NCBI GenBank assembly: GCA_002297545.1
Contig: DBLZ01000042.1
Location: 2,374 to 66,373, forward strand
Direction of reading: 5' to 3'
Source: Prevotellaceae bacterium UBA711
GTDB lineage: Bacteria > Bacteroidota > Bacteroidia > Bacteroidales > Bacteroidaceae
Length of the DNA: 64,000 nucleotides
Each line of letters starts with the position of its first letter. The first letter of the stretch is position 1. Below the pieces are notes generated by a model. That model did not search any database. It was not told the origin of the DNA and saw only the letters and a program-made list of their open reading frames with translations. Both the position numbers and the translations under genes were made by a program. Below are positions 55,055-64,000 of this stretch, one piece after another.

Positions 55055-56230
55055 TTACTGTTTTTCGGCTATCCGCTCCAGAGTCTGGTAGACCTGCATC
55101 AGACCGCGGGGCACATGGAAGCAGCCCTTCCACTTGCCGCCTTTGAGGGTCAGGAGCACCTCACCGCGACGATTGAGGTAGCCATACCACTCCGGATACT
55201 CAGGATCCATGAAGTGGCTCCATACGTAGTCGTGCACCCGCTCGAACCACTCCAGGCAGCGCGCGTCGCCTGTAAGCTCGTAACCCTTGATCATGGTGAT
55301 GAGGGTCTCGATGTGTACCCACCACAACTTCTGATCCCATTCAAGCTGCTGCAGAGGGCGGCCCAGACGATCCATGAAGTAGAAGATGCCTCCATACTGC
55401 TTGTCCCATCCGTACTCTGCCTCGGCCAAAGCGATATTCTTAGCCTTCTCTATCAATGCCGGGTCGCCCAGACGCTTGCCCAGGTCCATGATGAACCACA
55501 TGGCCTCGATGGCGTGCCCGGGGTTCAGCTGGCGGCCGTCCATACAGTCTACCAGCTGATTGTCCGTGCCCAGGTGCTCCACTATAAGGCCCAGTTCGGG
55601 GCGATAGAATACGTCCATCACCTCGTGTACGCAGGTCTGTATGGTCTTGTCAAGAAAATCCTTGTCCAACAGAGGCTCTATCTCCAGGGCCACGTTGCAC
55701 AGTATCATGGGCAGGGCGAAACTCTTCAGGGCACGCGCCCCGGGGGCAGCCTTGGACCAGCGCCCCTTGGGATTGTCCACCTTGGACAGAACGATGTCAA
55801 AGGTTTTCTTGGCTATCTCGGCATACTCCCGATTGCCGGTGGCTATGGACAGCTGGCCGAAGGCAAGGACGGCAAACGTATAGGAGAAGATGTTGTAAGG
55901 CTCCACCAGCGGGTGTCCCTCGCGGTCGAGGGCGAAGTACCAGTTGAGCCGGCCGTCGTGGCCATGCTTCTTCAGGAACTCGGCACCCTGTATGGCAGCA
56001 TCGAGCCACTCCCGGCGCTTCTCCACCTTGTTGTAGAGAGTGGCAAGCATCCACACTTCGCGGCCCTGCAGCCAAACGAACTTGTCGGTATCGAACACCT
56101 CGCCGTCGCGTTCCAGGCACGTGAAGTATCCACCGAACTCACTATCTATGCTCTTCTCCATCCAGAAGGGCATCACACGGTCCAACAGCTCACTCTTGTA
56201 CTGCCGGGCCAATTGCTTAAAGTCTATCAT
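55055..56230 (-). CDS. N-acylglucosamine 2-epimerase (AGE/RnBP family)
   Basis: 391 aa. ..VMPFWMEKSIDSEFGGYFTCLERDG.. and (alpha/alpha)6 repeats. Located in the nan context. Confidence 0.85.
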   Translation of the reverse strand: MIDFKQLARQYKSELLDRVMPFWMEKSIDSEFGGYFTCLERDGEVFDTDKFVWLQGREVWMLATLYNKVEKRREWLDAAIQGAEFLKKHGHDGRLNWYFALDREGHPLVEPYNIFSYTFAVLAFGQLSIATGNREYAEIAKKTFDIVLSKVDNPKGRWSKAAPGARALKSFALPMILCNVALEIEPLLDKDFLDKTIQTCVHEVMDVFYRPELGLIVEHLGTDNQLVDCMDGRQLNPGHAIEAMWFIMDLGKRLGDPALIEKAKNIALAEAEYGWDKQYGGIFYFMDRLGRPLQQLEWDQKLWWVHIETLITMIKGYELTGDARCLEWFERVHDYVWSHFMDPEYPEWYGYLNRRGEVLLTLKGGKWKGCFHVPRGLMQVYQTLERIAEKQ

Positions 56231-56248
56231 CCGTGTATTGGGTATTGG

Positions 56249-58786
56249 TTATTTTCGTTCAATTTTGACCTCTATGGAGCATAAGGACAGCAACCATGCC
56301 ACCGCCACGCTTACCACCATGCCGGTGGCGCCGAAGAGGAAGAAGTTGGCATCCGTGCACCAGTTCATCCAGAAGACCACAGCCTCGCCCACCAGGAAAC
56401 CGATGAGGGCGGCATAGCCACGGACACGCGGCATGAACACTGCCATGAAGAACAGGCCGCCCAGTCCGCTTGTCAGCAGGCCGAGGATGGTGTTGAAGTA
56501 GTCCAGCAGGGACTGTATGTTCCACGTGACCATGAGCAGAGCGATGACCAGACCGATCAGGCCACTGACCATGGAGGCTATGCGGGCTATGCGAAGCAAC
56601 GAGGTATCCGACGTTGACGGACGGAAGCGCTTGTAGAAGTCTATGGAGAAGGACGTGGACACACTGTTGATGTTGCTGGAAATGGTGCTCATGGTGGCCG
56701 CAAAAATGGCGGCTATCAGCACACCGGCCACACCGGCCGGCATCTGGCTCATCATGAAGAAGGGGAAGATGGCATCGGACTGTGTCATGGTCACGTCCAG
56801 CTCTGCGGGGTGCGTCTTGTAGAACGTATACAGGCCGGTGCCTATCATATAGAAGGCGACGGACACGAATACACTCATCAGACCGTTCACCAGGATACCG
56901 CGCCCGGCCGACTTCTCGTCGGGTGTGGTGAGGTAACGCTGTATGACAGTCTGGTCCGAGGTGTAGGAGATGAGGTTATTGGCCAGTCCGCCCACAATGA
57001 TCACCCACCATGTGGCCTGCGACCAGGAGTTGCTCCAGTCGAAGAGACGCAGCTTGTCGTTCGCCATGGCCAGTTCCAGGCATCCGTTCAGTCCGCCCTC
57101 GGTATTCACGACCAGATACACCACAGAGAATATGGCACCTCCGACAAGAATCAGCCCCTGAATGACATCGCCCCAAATGACAGCTTCCACGCCGCCCATG
57201 GTACAGTATATGATGGTAACCAAACCCATCAGCACCACGCACAGGTATATGTCTATGCCGGTGACAGCCGTCAGTGCCAAGGAGGGCAGATAGAGCACCA
57301 AGGCCATGCGGGCTATCATGAAGATGCAGAACAGAGCCGAAGCCATCATGCGTGTGGCCAGGTTGAAGCGCTGCTCCAGTATCTCGTAGGCACTGGTGAC
57401 ATTGAGCTTGCGGAAATAAGGCAGATAGTACCATATCACCGGGAAACTGACCACCAGTATCATCCACAGCATGGGGTAATAGGTCCAGTCTGTGGTGTAT
57501 GCCTTGGCGGGTATGGCCATATAGGTGATGGCCGAGAGCATGGTGGCATAGATGCTGATGCCCGCCGCCCACCAGGGTATGCGGCCGCCACCCTTGAAGA
57601 AGTCGTCCGTGCCGCCCTCCCTGCGCATGAAGTATATGCCCATGCCAAGCATGGCGATGAAGTAGAGCACCAGCACGGTCCAGTTGATCCAGCCAAAATT
57701 TTTCTCGTTGCTCACTTCCACATACGTGACGGCATCGGTACGTATGCCCGGCATGGTCTCGCCGCCACTGTATAGCCAGCCTGTGCCGTTCTCCACCTTG
57801 GTGAGGCAGGCTCCGGCACGTGCAAGCAGGCTGTCTCCTGGCAGCAATGCCCAGGAGTCGGTGACGGTATGATATGTGAGCACATCCCTGCGGAAACGAT
57901 ACCACTCCGGTTCGTGCCGCAAGTACAGGCTATCCTGACGGCCGGCTATGGCACTGAGGAAGATGTCGAAGTCCACTCCTCCGAAGAACAGCACATGGCT
58001 GTAGCCCATGGGGGTGCAGGTGCTGCCCACCACAGCCTGACGGCAGAGGTCGCGTCCGACAAGAGAATCGTTACGCTCCACCCAGACCGATGCCGGTGAG
58101 GTGCGTTTCCAGTTGTCTGCGGAGGCGCTGTCCCGGGTCAACTCGGCAATGTTCATATAAACACCATCAAGATGTACATAAGCCCCCTGCTCCAGGGAAT
58201 CCACCTTGGGCTGATAGCCACCGAAGACAAAGAGGGCATCGCCCGTGGGAGTCTTCTGCACCGTCATGCAGGGTTGCAGACGGCAGGCATCGGGCAATGT
58301 GGCAGCCACCTGCCACCTGTGTATGGTGGTGTCGCAAGGCCATTCCAGACGATAGACATTCCTGTTGGGCACGCCATTGCTTTGCCCGCCGGCCACCCAC
58401 AGCATGCCTTCGTGATAGGTGGCGGCAAAGTTATCAAGTCCCTGTGGAAGCATGGCAACATCCTGATGCCACCCTCCGTTGCAGTCCACCCAGAAACAAC
58501 CGGGCCATGAGTAACGACCATCGGTGCCTCCGATAACCACAACACCGCCCGGCACTTGAACACCGGCACCATAGGCCATTGGATAGTATGCCTTCTGGCC
58601 GCCATCGGCACATGGGACATCGGGGAAGTTGCACCCACCATGTACCCACAGATTATCGTACACCCATCCTGCCATGTGGCCGGAGACGGCCGTGCGCAGA
58701 GGTGGCGTGGGGCGCACAGAAACACGGTTCTGCCCCAAGCACAGCAAGGGACAGAACAGTATAAGCAATAACAGTATCTTCTTCAT
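56249..58786 (-). CDS. fusion of Kelch-type cyclically permuted mutarotase (NanM/YjhT-like) and sodium:solute symporter (sialate transporter-like)
   Basis: The N-terminal ~370 aa are beta-propeller repeats after a signal peptide (start at MKKILLL, 58786). The C-terminal ~470 aa form an SSS-type polytopic domain. Confidence 0.8.
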   Translation of the reverse strand: MKKILLLLILFCPLLCLGQNRVSVRPTPPLRTAVSGHMAGWVYDNLWVHGGCNFPDVPCADGGQKAYYPMAYGAGVQVPGGVVVIGGTDGRYSWPGCFWVDCNGGWHQDVAMLPQGLDNFAATYHEGMLWVAGGQSNGVPNRNVYRLEWPCDTTIHRWQVAATLPDACRLQPCMTVQKTPTGDALFVFGGYQPKVDSLEQGAYVHLDGVYMNIAELTRDSASADNWKRTSPASVWVERNDSLVGRDLCRQAVVGSTCTPMGYSHVLFFGGVDFDIFLSAIAGRQDSLYLRHEPEWYRFRRDVLTYHTVTDSWALLPGDSLLARAGACLTKVENGTGWLYSGGETMPGIRTDAVTYVEVSNEKNFGWINWTVLVLYFIAMLGMGIYFMRREGGTDDFFKGGGRIPWWAAGISIYATMLSAITYMAIPAKAYTTDWTYYPMLWMILVVSFPVIWYYLPYFRKLNVTSAYEILEQRFNLATRMMASALFCIFMIARMALVLYLPSLALTAVTGIDIYLCVVLMGLVTIIYCTMGGVEAVIWGDVIQGLILVGGAIFSVVYLVVNTEGGLNGCLELAMANDKLRLFDWSNSWSQATWWVIIVGGLANNLISYTSDQTVIQRYLTTPDEKSAGRGILVNGLMSVFVSVAFYMIGTGLYTFYKTHPAELDVTMTQSDAIFPFFMMSQMPAGVAGVLIAAIFAATMSTISSNINSVSTSFSIDFYKRFRPSTSDTSLLRIARIASMVSGLIGLVIALLMVTWNIQSLLDYFNTILGLLTSGLGGLFFMAVFMPRVRGYAALIGFLVGEAVVFWMNWCTDANFFLFGATGMVVSVAVAWLLSLCSIEVKIERK

Positions 58787-58806
58787 AGTGTAAGGTGAAG
58801 AAAGCA

Positions 58807-59730
58807 TCAGAACTTGTTGCAACGCTCAAAGAAGTGTATGGCCTCCAACTCGGCACGCAATGCCTTCTCCTCCTCCTCCGTAACGTTTTGGAACGGGGTG
58901 CGATTGGGACCAAGGTCAAGGCCAATGAGCTTCATTATGCGCTTGCCGCCCACAATGTTGCCACGGAAATGGCATATAACGTTGATGACCTCCTGCGAGA
59001 AGTTCTGCAGTTCGCGTGCCTTCTCTATGTCGCCCTGCTTCCAAGCATCGATGATGCCAACGAGATTTATTCCGTTGTAGTTGGTGGTGCCGCCTATACC
59101 GCCCTGTGCGCCGCCCATGGCCAGGGAGGGCAGAATGGTCTCGTCCTGGCCGTGCAACATGTCAAACTTGCCATTGCCATACAAACGGCACTGGTTGTAC
59201 TCGTAGATGCTTTCGTACGTGTACTTGATGCCGGCAAAGTTGGGTATGCGTCCGTCCACGGCCTCCAAGAGCTTCACCATGGGCAGGTAAGCCCCGTTGA
59301 AGGCAGGTATGTGGTAGTAATAGAAAGGCAGATTGGGAGCACCTGCCGCAATTTCCTCACAGTACTTCACCAGCTCCTCTATGCGCCCGATCTTGGGGAA
59401 TGGAGGAGCCATGGCGCCTATACCCCATGCGCCTATCTTCTGTGCATGCTCGGCCAGCATGCGGGAATTGCGCACACAGCATGAACCTACGTGCACGATC
59501 ACCTTGAAGCCCTCGGGGGCGGCCTTCACCCAAGCCTCGGCCAACTGCATGCGTTCCTCCTCGGTGAGCATATAGCCCTCGCCGCTGCTGCCGTTGATGA
59601 ATACGCCCTGCAGGCCGTTCTTCTTCAGCATAGCGGCATAGGCGGGGATGGGTTCCAGGTTAACATCTCCGTTGGCATGGAACGGAGTAAAGGGGGCATC
59701 GATAAGCCCAATGATCTTTTCCATAGTCAA
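58807..59730 (-). CDS. nanA: N-acetylneuraminate lyase (DapA family)
   Basis: 307 aa. ..GVFINGSSGEG.. and the DHDPS/NAL fold pattern. Adjacent to sialate transport and epimerase genes. Confidence 0.85.
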   Translation of the reverse strand: MTMEKIIGLIDAPFTPFHANGDVNLEPIPAYAAMLKKNGLQGVFINGSSGEGYMLTEEERMQLAEAWVKAAPEGFKVIVHVGSCCVRNSRMLAEHAQKIGAWGIGAMAPPFPKIGRIEELVKYCEEIAAGAPNLPFYYYHIPAFNGAYLPMVKLLEAVDGRIPNFAGIKYTYESIYEYNQCRLYGNGKFDMLHGQDETILPSLAMGGAQGGIGGTTNYNGINLVGIIDAWKQGDIEKARELQNFSQEVINVICHFRGNIVGGKRIMKLIGLDLGPNRTPFQNVTEEEEKALRAELEAIHFFERCNKF

Positions 59731-59785
59731 ATTGTTTTTATGTGTTGTCTGTGTTTAATGAGTCTGACATAACGCTCCCCCGTGT

Positions 59786-62305
59786 CTACAGGGAAAAAGC
59801 ACCGGTTTGCCGGGAGACCCTCATTATCTCCGGCGTGTGTATGTATATGGTATAGGTTTCACCAGAGCGCGTCCTGGGAATGATGATGGTGTCGTCATTC
59901 GGAGTCTTGCACTTCACTCTCTTGCCGCGTGCATCGAACACGCGGTGCGAGGCTATGCCCCGGTAGCGTATGTACAGCGGTTGCCCGGCATGGCTGGTTA
60001 TGCTTACCTTGGTCAGGCTACCATTCTGCCACTCCTGGTCCACGGTGAAGTTGCCCACGGCCTTCAGCCCGCATACATGCCCCTTGGCAGCCCAGGCGGA
60101 GGGCAAGGCGGGAAGCAACTGCAGAGTGTCGGTATGGCTTTGGAGCAGCATTTCGGCAATGCCTGCACAGCAACCAAAGTTGCCGTCTATCTGGAACGGG
60201 GCACAGGCGTCGTAGAGATTATAGTATATGCCCCCGGCGTACTGGTTGACGCCGTAAGAGGTAGAGTGACGCAGGGCATTGCGCAGTATCCTGTGTGCGT
60301 GATCACCGTCCAGGGCACGTGCCCACAGGTTCACCTTCCATCCCATGCTCCAGCCGGTGGCCTCATCGCCACGCAGTTTCAGCGAGTTGACAGCCGGCAC
60401 AAAGTAAAGACTGGCCTGAGAAATCTGTGGCAAAGGATACAGGGCCATCATGTGACTCATGTGGCGGTGGCTGGGGTCGTCGCTGACATGGTAGGGACTA
60501 TACTTCCATTCACGCAGAAGCAGGTCGCCCTTCTTCACGCCGTTGCGGCCATCCACCCAGGCGCTATGCTTGTCGGTACGTGCGTCATAGACCTCGGTGT
60601 GCAGGCCGGTATCGGTCTTGGCCAGATAGTTTTTCAACTTGGCCACGTCCTCGGAGGTGAGGCCGGTAACCTTGCAGCCAAGGACATCCTGAGCCTGTGA
60701 CACGCACGAGAAGAGGTAGTGTATCAACTGCTGTGCGTGTGCCGTGCCGTCCTCCTTGGGGTGCGCGTTCTGCTCGGCGCTGTACTCGTCCGGAGCTTCG
60801 TAGGTACCATCGGCAGCAACCTTCATCCTATCGAACCAGAACTGAGCGCATGACCACATGGCAGGAAAAGCCTTGGCCAGGAAGGCCTTGTCCATGGTGT
60901 AGCGATAGTGTTGCCACAGGTGTGAACAATACCAGGCATTGGCCACGAAGTAGTTGGTTCCCCAAATGCTCATGCCGCCGAAGATGGTGGATTCGGTGAA
61001 GACCGTCCAGCCCCGGTCCACTCCGGCATAGCGGCGGGCAGCCTGCTGCCAGTTCTTGTCCCCGGCGTTCTTTATGATGTAGTTCAGCAGGGGCAGGTGC
61101 AGCTCACTCAAATTCGTTGGCTCGGCTGGCCAATAATTCATCTGTATGTTGATGTTCGTATGTATGTCGGCATTCCAGGGTGCATTACTCAGATTGTTCC
61201 AGATGCCCTGCAGATTGTTGGGGGCCTGCAGGTCACGGTTGCTGGAGATGGCCAAATAGCGCCCGAAACAGAAGTAGAGTTGCTCCAGAAAGCGCGCCTC
61301 GGGGTCGTTGAGATCCGTCAGCGTGTTGTAGTGGTCTATAAGCTCGTTCGTGGGACGGTTGCTGTGGGCGTTCAGATCCAGGGAGACGCGCCCAGTATAG
61401 GAAAGGAAGTCAGCACGATGGGCAGAGAGAATGCGTTCATATCCCTTACGACAAGCAGCATCCACACGGCCACGGATTTCCTTGCCGAGAGATGCTGGGG
61501 AAATGCCGGAGATGCGTGTATCAGAATCCGAATCAAAGTCCGTACCGGCCGCCATGTACATCACTACATCGGTGGCACCGAACACCTCTATTCCCCTCTC
61601 GGTGGCACGCACATGGCCTGCGCCAATAGGCACGACACGCATAGCGGTGCTATAGGCCACCGTCTCCAGTTGTCCGTGGAAGGATGCATAGGGCATGCTC
61701 GCGGCATCTGTGGTATAGGTCACCGGAGCGGCATTGATGTCCTCGCCCGGAGCGTAGGAGAAGAGCAGGTGCAAACGTTTGTTGCCCTGAGCCGAGTAAC
61801 GGACAACCATCACACGGTCGGGAGCACTGACGAAGTATGTACGATCGTACGATGTCATGTGTTGCCGAGCCGTACAGCTGACCTGCACAATACCCTCCTG
61901 CAGATCCAGGCTGCGAACATATTCCTCCACCTCTCCATCCTTGCCGGGAAGAAAAACGCCACTGAGGTCTTCCACCATGATGCTGCCGAAATTCTTATAC
62001 TGTCCATAACCAGAGCCGAAGCCCTGCATGTCGCTGGGCTTGCCTGTCCAAAGGGTCTTCTCGTTGAACTGGATTTCATCGCGGTGCAGACCACCGAATA
62101 TGCTGCCGCCCAACTGACCGTTGCCTATGGGCAGGGAGTATTCCATCCATACATTCTGAACCCCTGTAGCAGTAGCCGGCACATCATACCACAATGTCAT
62201 TGGATTGCGGGGGCGAAAACCCTCGGCACTCACCGCCAAGCTGCAACATAGCGCCATGCCCATAAAGCTACGCCTAAGCAATGTTCTCATAGTATTTCTA
62301 TTCAT
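59786..62305 (-). CDS. glycoside hydrolase family 95 (alpha-L-fucosidase type)
   Basis: 839 aa. N-terminal WYDVPA....[17 protein letters not shown]....[12 protein letters not shown] is the GH95 N-domain signature. Confidence 0.85.
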   Translation of the reverse strand: MNRNTMRTLLRRSFMGMALCCSLAVSAEGFRPRNPMTLWYDVPATATGVQNVWMEYSLPIGNGQLGGSIFGGLHRDEIQFNEKTLWTGKPSDMQGFGSGYGQYKNFGSIMVEDLSGVFLPGKDGEVEEYVRSLDLQEGIVQVSCTARQHMTSYDRTYFVSAPDRVMVVRYSAQGNKRLHLLFSYAPGEDINAAPVTYTTDAASMPYASFHGQLETVAYSTAMRVVPIGAGHVRATERGIEVFGATDVVMYMAAGTDFDSDSDTRISGISPASLGKEIRGRVDAACRKGYERILSAHRADFLSYTGRVSLDLNAHSNRPTNELIDHYNTLTDLNDPEARFLEQLYFCFGRYLAISSNRDLQAPNNLQGIWNNLSNAPWNADIHTNINIQMNYWPAEPTNLSELHLPLLNYIIKNAGDKNWQQAARRYAGVDRGWTVFTESTIFGGMSIWGTNYFVANAWYCSHLWQHYRYTMDKAFLAKAFPAMWSCAQFWFDRMKVAADGTYEAPDEYSAEQNAHPKEDGTAHAQQLIHYLFSCVSQAQDVLGCKVTGLTSEDVAKLKNYLAKTDTGLHTEVYDARTDKHSAWVDGRNGVKKGDLLLREWKYSPYHVSDDPSHRHMSHMMALYPLPQISQASLYFVPAVNSLKLRGDEATGWSMGWKVNLWARALDGDHAHRILRNALRHSTSYGVNQYAGGIYYNLYDACAPFQIDGNFGCCAGIAEMLLQSHTDTLQLLPALPSAWAAKGHVCGLKAVGNFTVDQEWQNGSLTKVSITSHAGQPLYIRYRGIASHRVFDARGKRVKCKTPNDDTIIIPRTRSGETYTIYIHTPEIMRVSRQTGAFSL

Positions 62306-62533
62306 GTCTCAAATCAAATGTATTCCAGGTTCACCATCATCACGCCCATCGGATGTGAGCACAGGCCATGCGTCTGCCTGTACACGGCATTATAAAGCCT
62401 CTCGCATGCATTTGCACGTATAAAGTTACGGCATAATTGCGTCAACTCACATAGCAAAGCGCGAAAAGGAGCATACACGGCACGATTTCGACAAAAAAGC
62501 CAACGAACATTTGGATGTTATTCCCAATTGTCA

Positions 62534-62541
62534 TACCTTTG
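62534..62541 (+). promoter_or_regulatory. Bacteroides-type -7 promoter element (TACCTTTG) for the tRNA
   Basis: TAnnTTTG match, 12 nt upstream of the tRNA 5' end. Confidence 0.45.
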
Positions 62542-62552
62542 CACCCGGTTTT

Positions 62553-62624
<72 letters not shown>

Positions 62625-62648
62625 CATAACGGCAAAGAAAGTTATGAT

Positions 62649-62680
62649 GTGCCCCATCCGATTGATTATGGATGGGGCAC
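62649..62680 (+). terminator. hairpin terminator after the tRNA
   Basis: gtgccccatcc / ggatggggcac 11-bp stem followed by a T-rich tract. Confidence 0.6.
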
Positions 62681-62987
62681 ATTGATTTTATATTCCGTTC
62701 CATATAATCTAATGGTTCACCCAATAATGGAGCAACAGGCAAATCACATATGACTAAGCCTATCATGGTTGAGCCAATGCCCCAAAAGCCTTATTGCCCG
62801 TTGGACACCACAAGCCATGGATAAATAAAGAAATGCCTCCTTAAAAGCTTGTGCAGAGGGTATCATCACTTGATGGCCGAACCAACAACAAAGAAAAAAC
62901 GAGTGGCTTGTCCCGAGTCGGCAACGCTGAGATTATCCCATTCACAACAGGCCGCTATCCTTAACCCCTTGTCTTTGGAACGATGAG

Positions 62988-63674
62988 CTACATAAAATGC
63001 TTCACTATATAATTAAGCATGCGCCATCGTTTGGTTACGACACATAGCCTTTGCCTTTTGCTGATGGCACGGACAATTTGTTTTGTAACCTTTTCGAGCG
63101 GCATGACCCAAAACAGGCCGTCACCCTTTGCCATTCTCGTGTCTACCAGCCCCGGCCTTATCTCTGTAATATACAAAGGCACATGCTTGGCCTTAGCCTG
63201 CAACGACCTTGTATAATTGATTTGATAAGCCTTACTTGCACTATATGATGGTGCAGCCGGTGCAGGCAACAGTCCACCGATGGAAGTAACCGACACGATA
63301 TGTCCGTTTCCTTGTGTCTCAAAGTAGTGATATAATGTATCCATCACATTGGTCCAGCCTATGACATTCACTGCAAGGGTTTCCATCTCTTGCGAAATAT
63401 CCAACGCTGGATTCAGTTCACCTACCCCGGCACAGATTATTGCAAGGTCAAGTTGCTTCCAAGAATCAATCACCTTGCACAAAGCACTATTGAACGCCGA
63501 ACAATCAGCCACGTCAACGGCTAACGGAAGCGTAGAAGACGGATTGCCGGTATAGAGTTCATCCAATATCTCTTTACGACGTCCCATTATGGCAACATTG
63601 TTGCCACAGGAAACATAGTGCGAATAAAGAGACTTACCTATACCGGAAGTTGCACCTATTATAAGAATGTTCAT
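62988..63674 (-). CDS. SDR family oxidoreductase
   Basis: 228 aa. N-terminal GATSGIG Rossmann motif. YSASK catalytic motif. Confidence 0.85.
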   Translation of the reverse strand: MNILIIGATSGIGKSLYSHYVSCGNNVAIMGRRKEILDELYTGNPSSTLPLAVDVADCSAFNSALCKVIDSWKQLDLAIICAGVGELNPALDISQEMETLAVNVIGWTNVMDTLYHYFETQGNGHIVSVTSIGGLLPAPAAPSYSASKAYQINYTRSLQAKAKHVPLYITEIRPGLVDTRMAKGDGLFWVMPLEKVTKQIVRAISKRQRLCVVTKRWRMLNYIVKHFM

Positions 63675-63845
63675 AAAAGCAAATGAGCATGGTTATATGT
63701 GGCTACAAATTTAATGAAAAGAAATGAGACTTTGCACTCTTTTCCTCATCGGTTCTGGCAACGCTTGGATATTTTGGCAGAAAATCGTACTTTTGTCCAT
63801 GAACCATTGGAGAAATGGCAAACCCGCAACCTACCCCATCCCGTC

Positions 63846-64000
63846 ATGAACAACAATATAGAACACCACCCTTTTGAACCATTCATACCAGAGAGAGCAA
63901 GGATTCTCATGCTGGGCACATTTCCCCCGGCCCGACACAGATGGTGCATGCCTTTCTACTACCCCAACTTCCAGAACGACATGTGGCGCATCATGGGCCT
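63846..64000 (+). CDS. uracil-DNA glycosylase superfamily protein, N-terminal part (runs off the window)
   Basis: ATG at 63846, translation MNNNIEHHPFEPFIPERARILMLGTFPPARHRWCMPFYYPNFQNDMWRIMG. The LGTFPP and YYPN..N.FW pattern resembles deoxyinosine/UDG-family glycosylases. Confidence 0.5.
   Translation, partial: MNNNIEHHPFEPFIPERARILMLGTFPPARHRWCMPFYYPNFQNDMWRIMG

Overview
This window is Bacteroidales-type chromosomal DNA, judged from TAnnTTTG promoter elements, a T9SS C-terminal sorting domain and a sialic-acid (nan) locus. A ~40 kb Mu-like transposable prophage (~10.54-50.68 kb) has inserted into an outer-membrane beta-barrel gene and split it. The N-terminal fragment lies at 50676-52525 and the C-terminal fragment at 9676-10540.

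Host genes left of the prophage:
- prfC, a TsaC/YrdC-type protein and a ClC channel
- an AT-rich islet carrying a lipoprotein gene
- an orphan ECF sigma factor, a GH43 enzyme and a T9SS-sorted secreted protein

Host genes right of the prophage:
- the nan locus: a YhcH-family protein, SstT, a nitroreductase, an AGE epimerase, a mutarotase-SSS fusion transporter, NanA and a GH95 enzyme
- tRNA-Thr(GGU), an SDR and a partial UDG-family gene

Prophage content:
- An S24/HTH repressor with a Ner-like regulator, a large MuA-like transposase and a MuB-like AAA+ ATPase, plus phased AAACGAA..GT transposase-site repeats at both ends.
- A siphovirus-type morphogenesis set: terminase, DUF935-like portal, MuF, protease/scaffold, capsid, amidase, major tail protein, G/GT chaperones, tape measure protein and three very large distal tail proteins.

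Most notable system: a diversity-generating retroelement (DGR).
- The reverse transcriptase (37364-38665) has IGxxxSQ and YCDD motifs.
- An AAC/AAT-rich template repeat sits at 37044-37156.
- The cognate variable repeat (10794-10906) lies ~26 kb away on the opposite strand, at the C-terminus of a 2300-aa multidomain receptor-binding protein.
- No Avd gene is recognisable.

Other noteworthy items:
- a thymidylate-synthase-like enzyme with Asp at the Asn177 specificity position, translationally coupled to a Dam-type methyltransferase
- a MuF protein with a nuclease-toxin-like C-terminal domain
- an A9 slippery site for the tail-chaperone frameshift
- an overlapped lysis cassette
- face-to-face switch promoters
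- a G-poor, repeat-rich 650-bp noncoding region next to the attL-like end

A Mu-like, DGR-bearing Bacteroides phage class (Hankyphage) has been described. Relatedness to it cannot be tested here.
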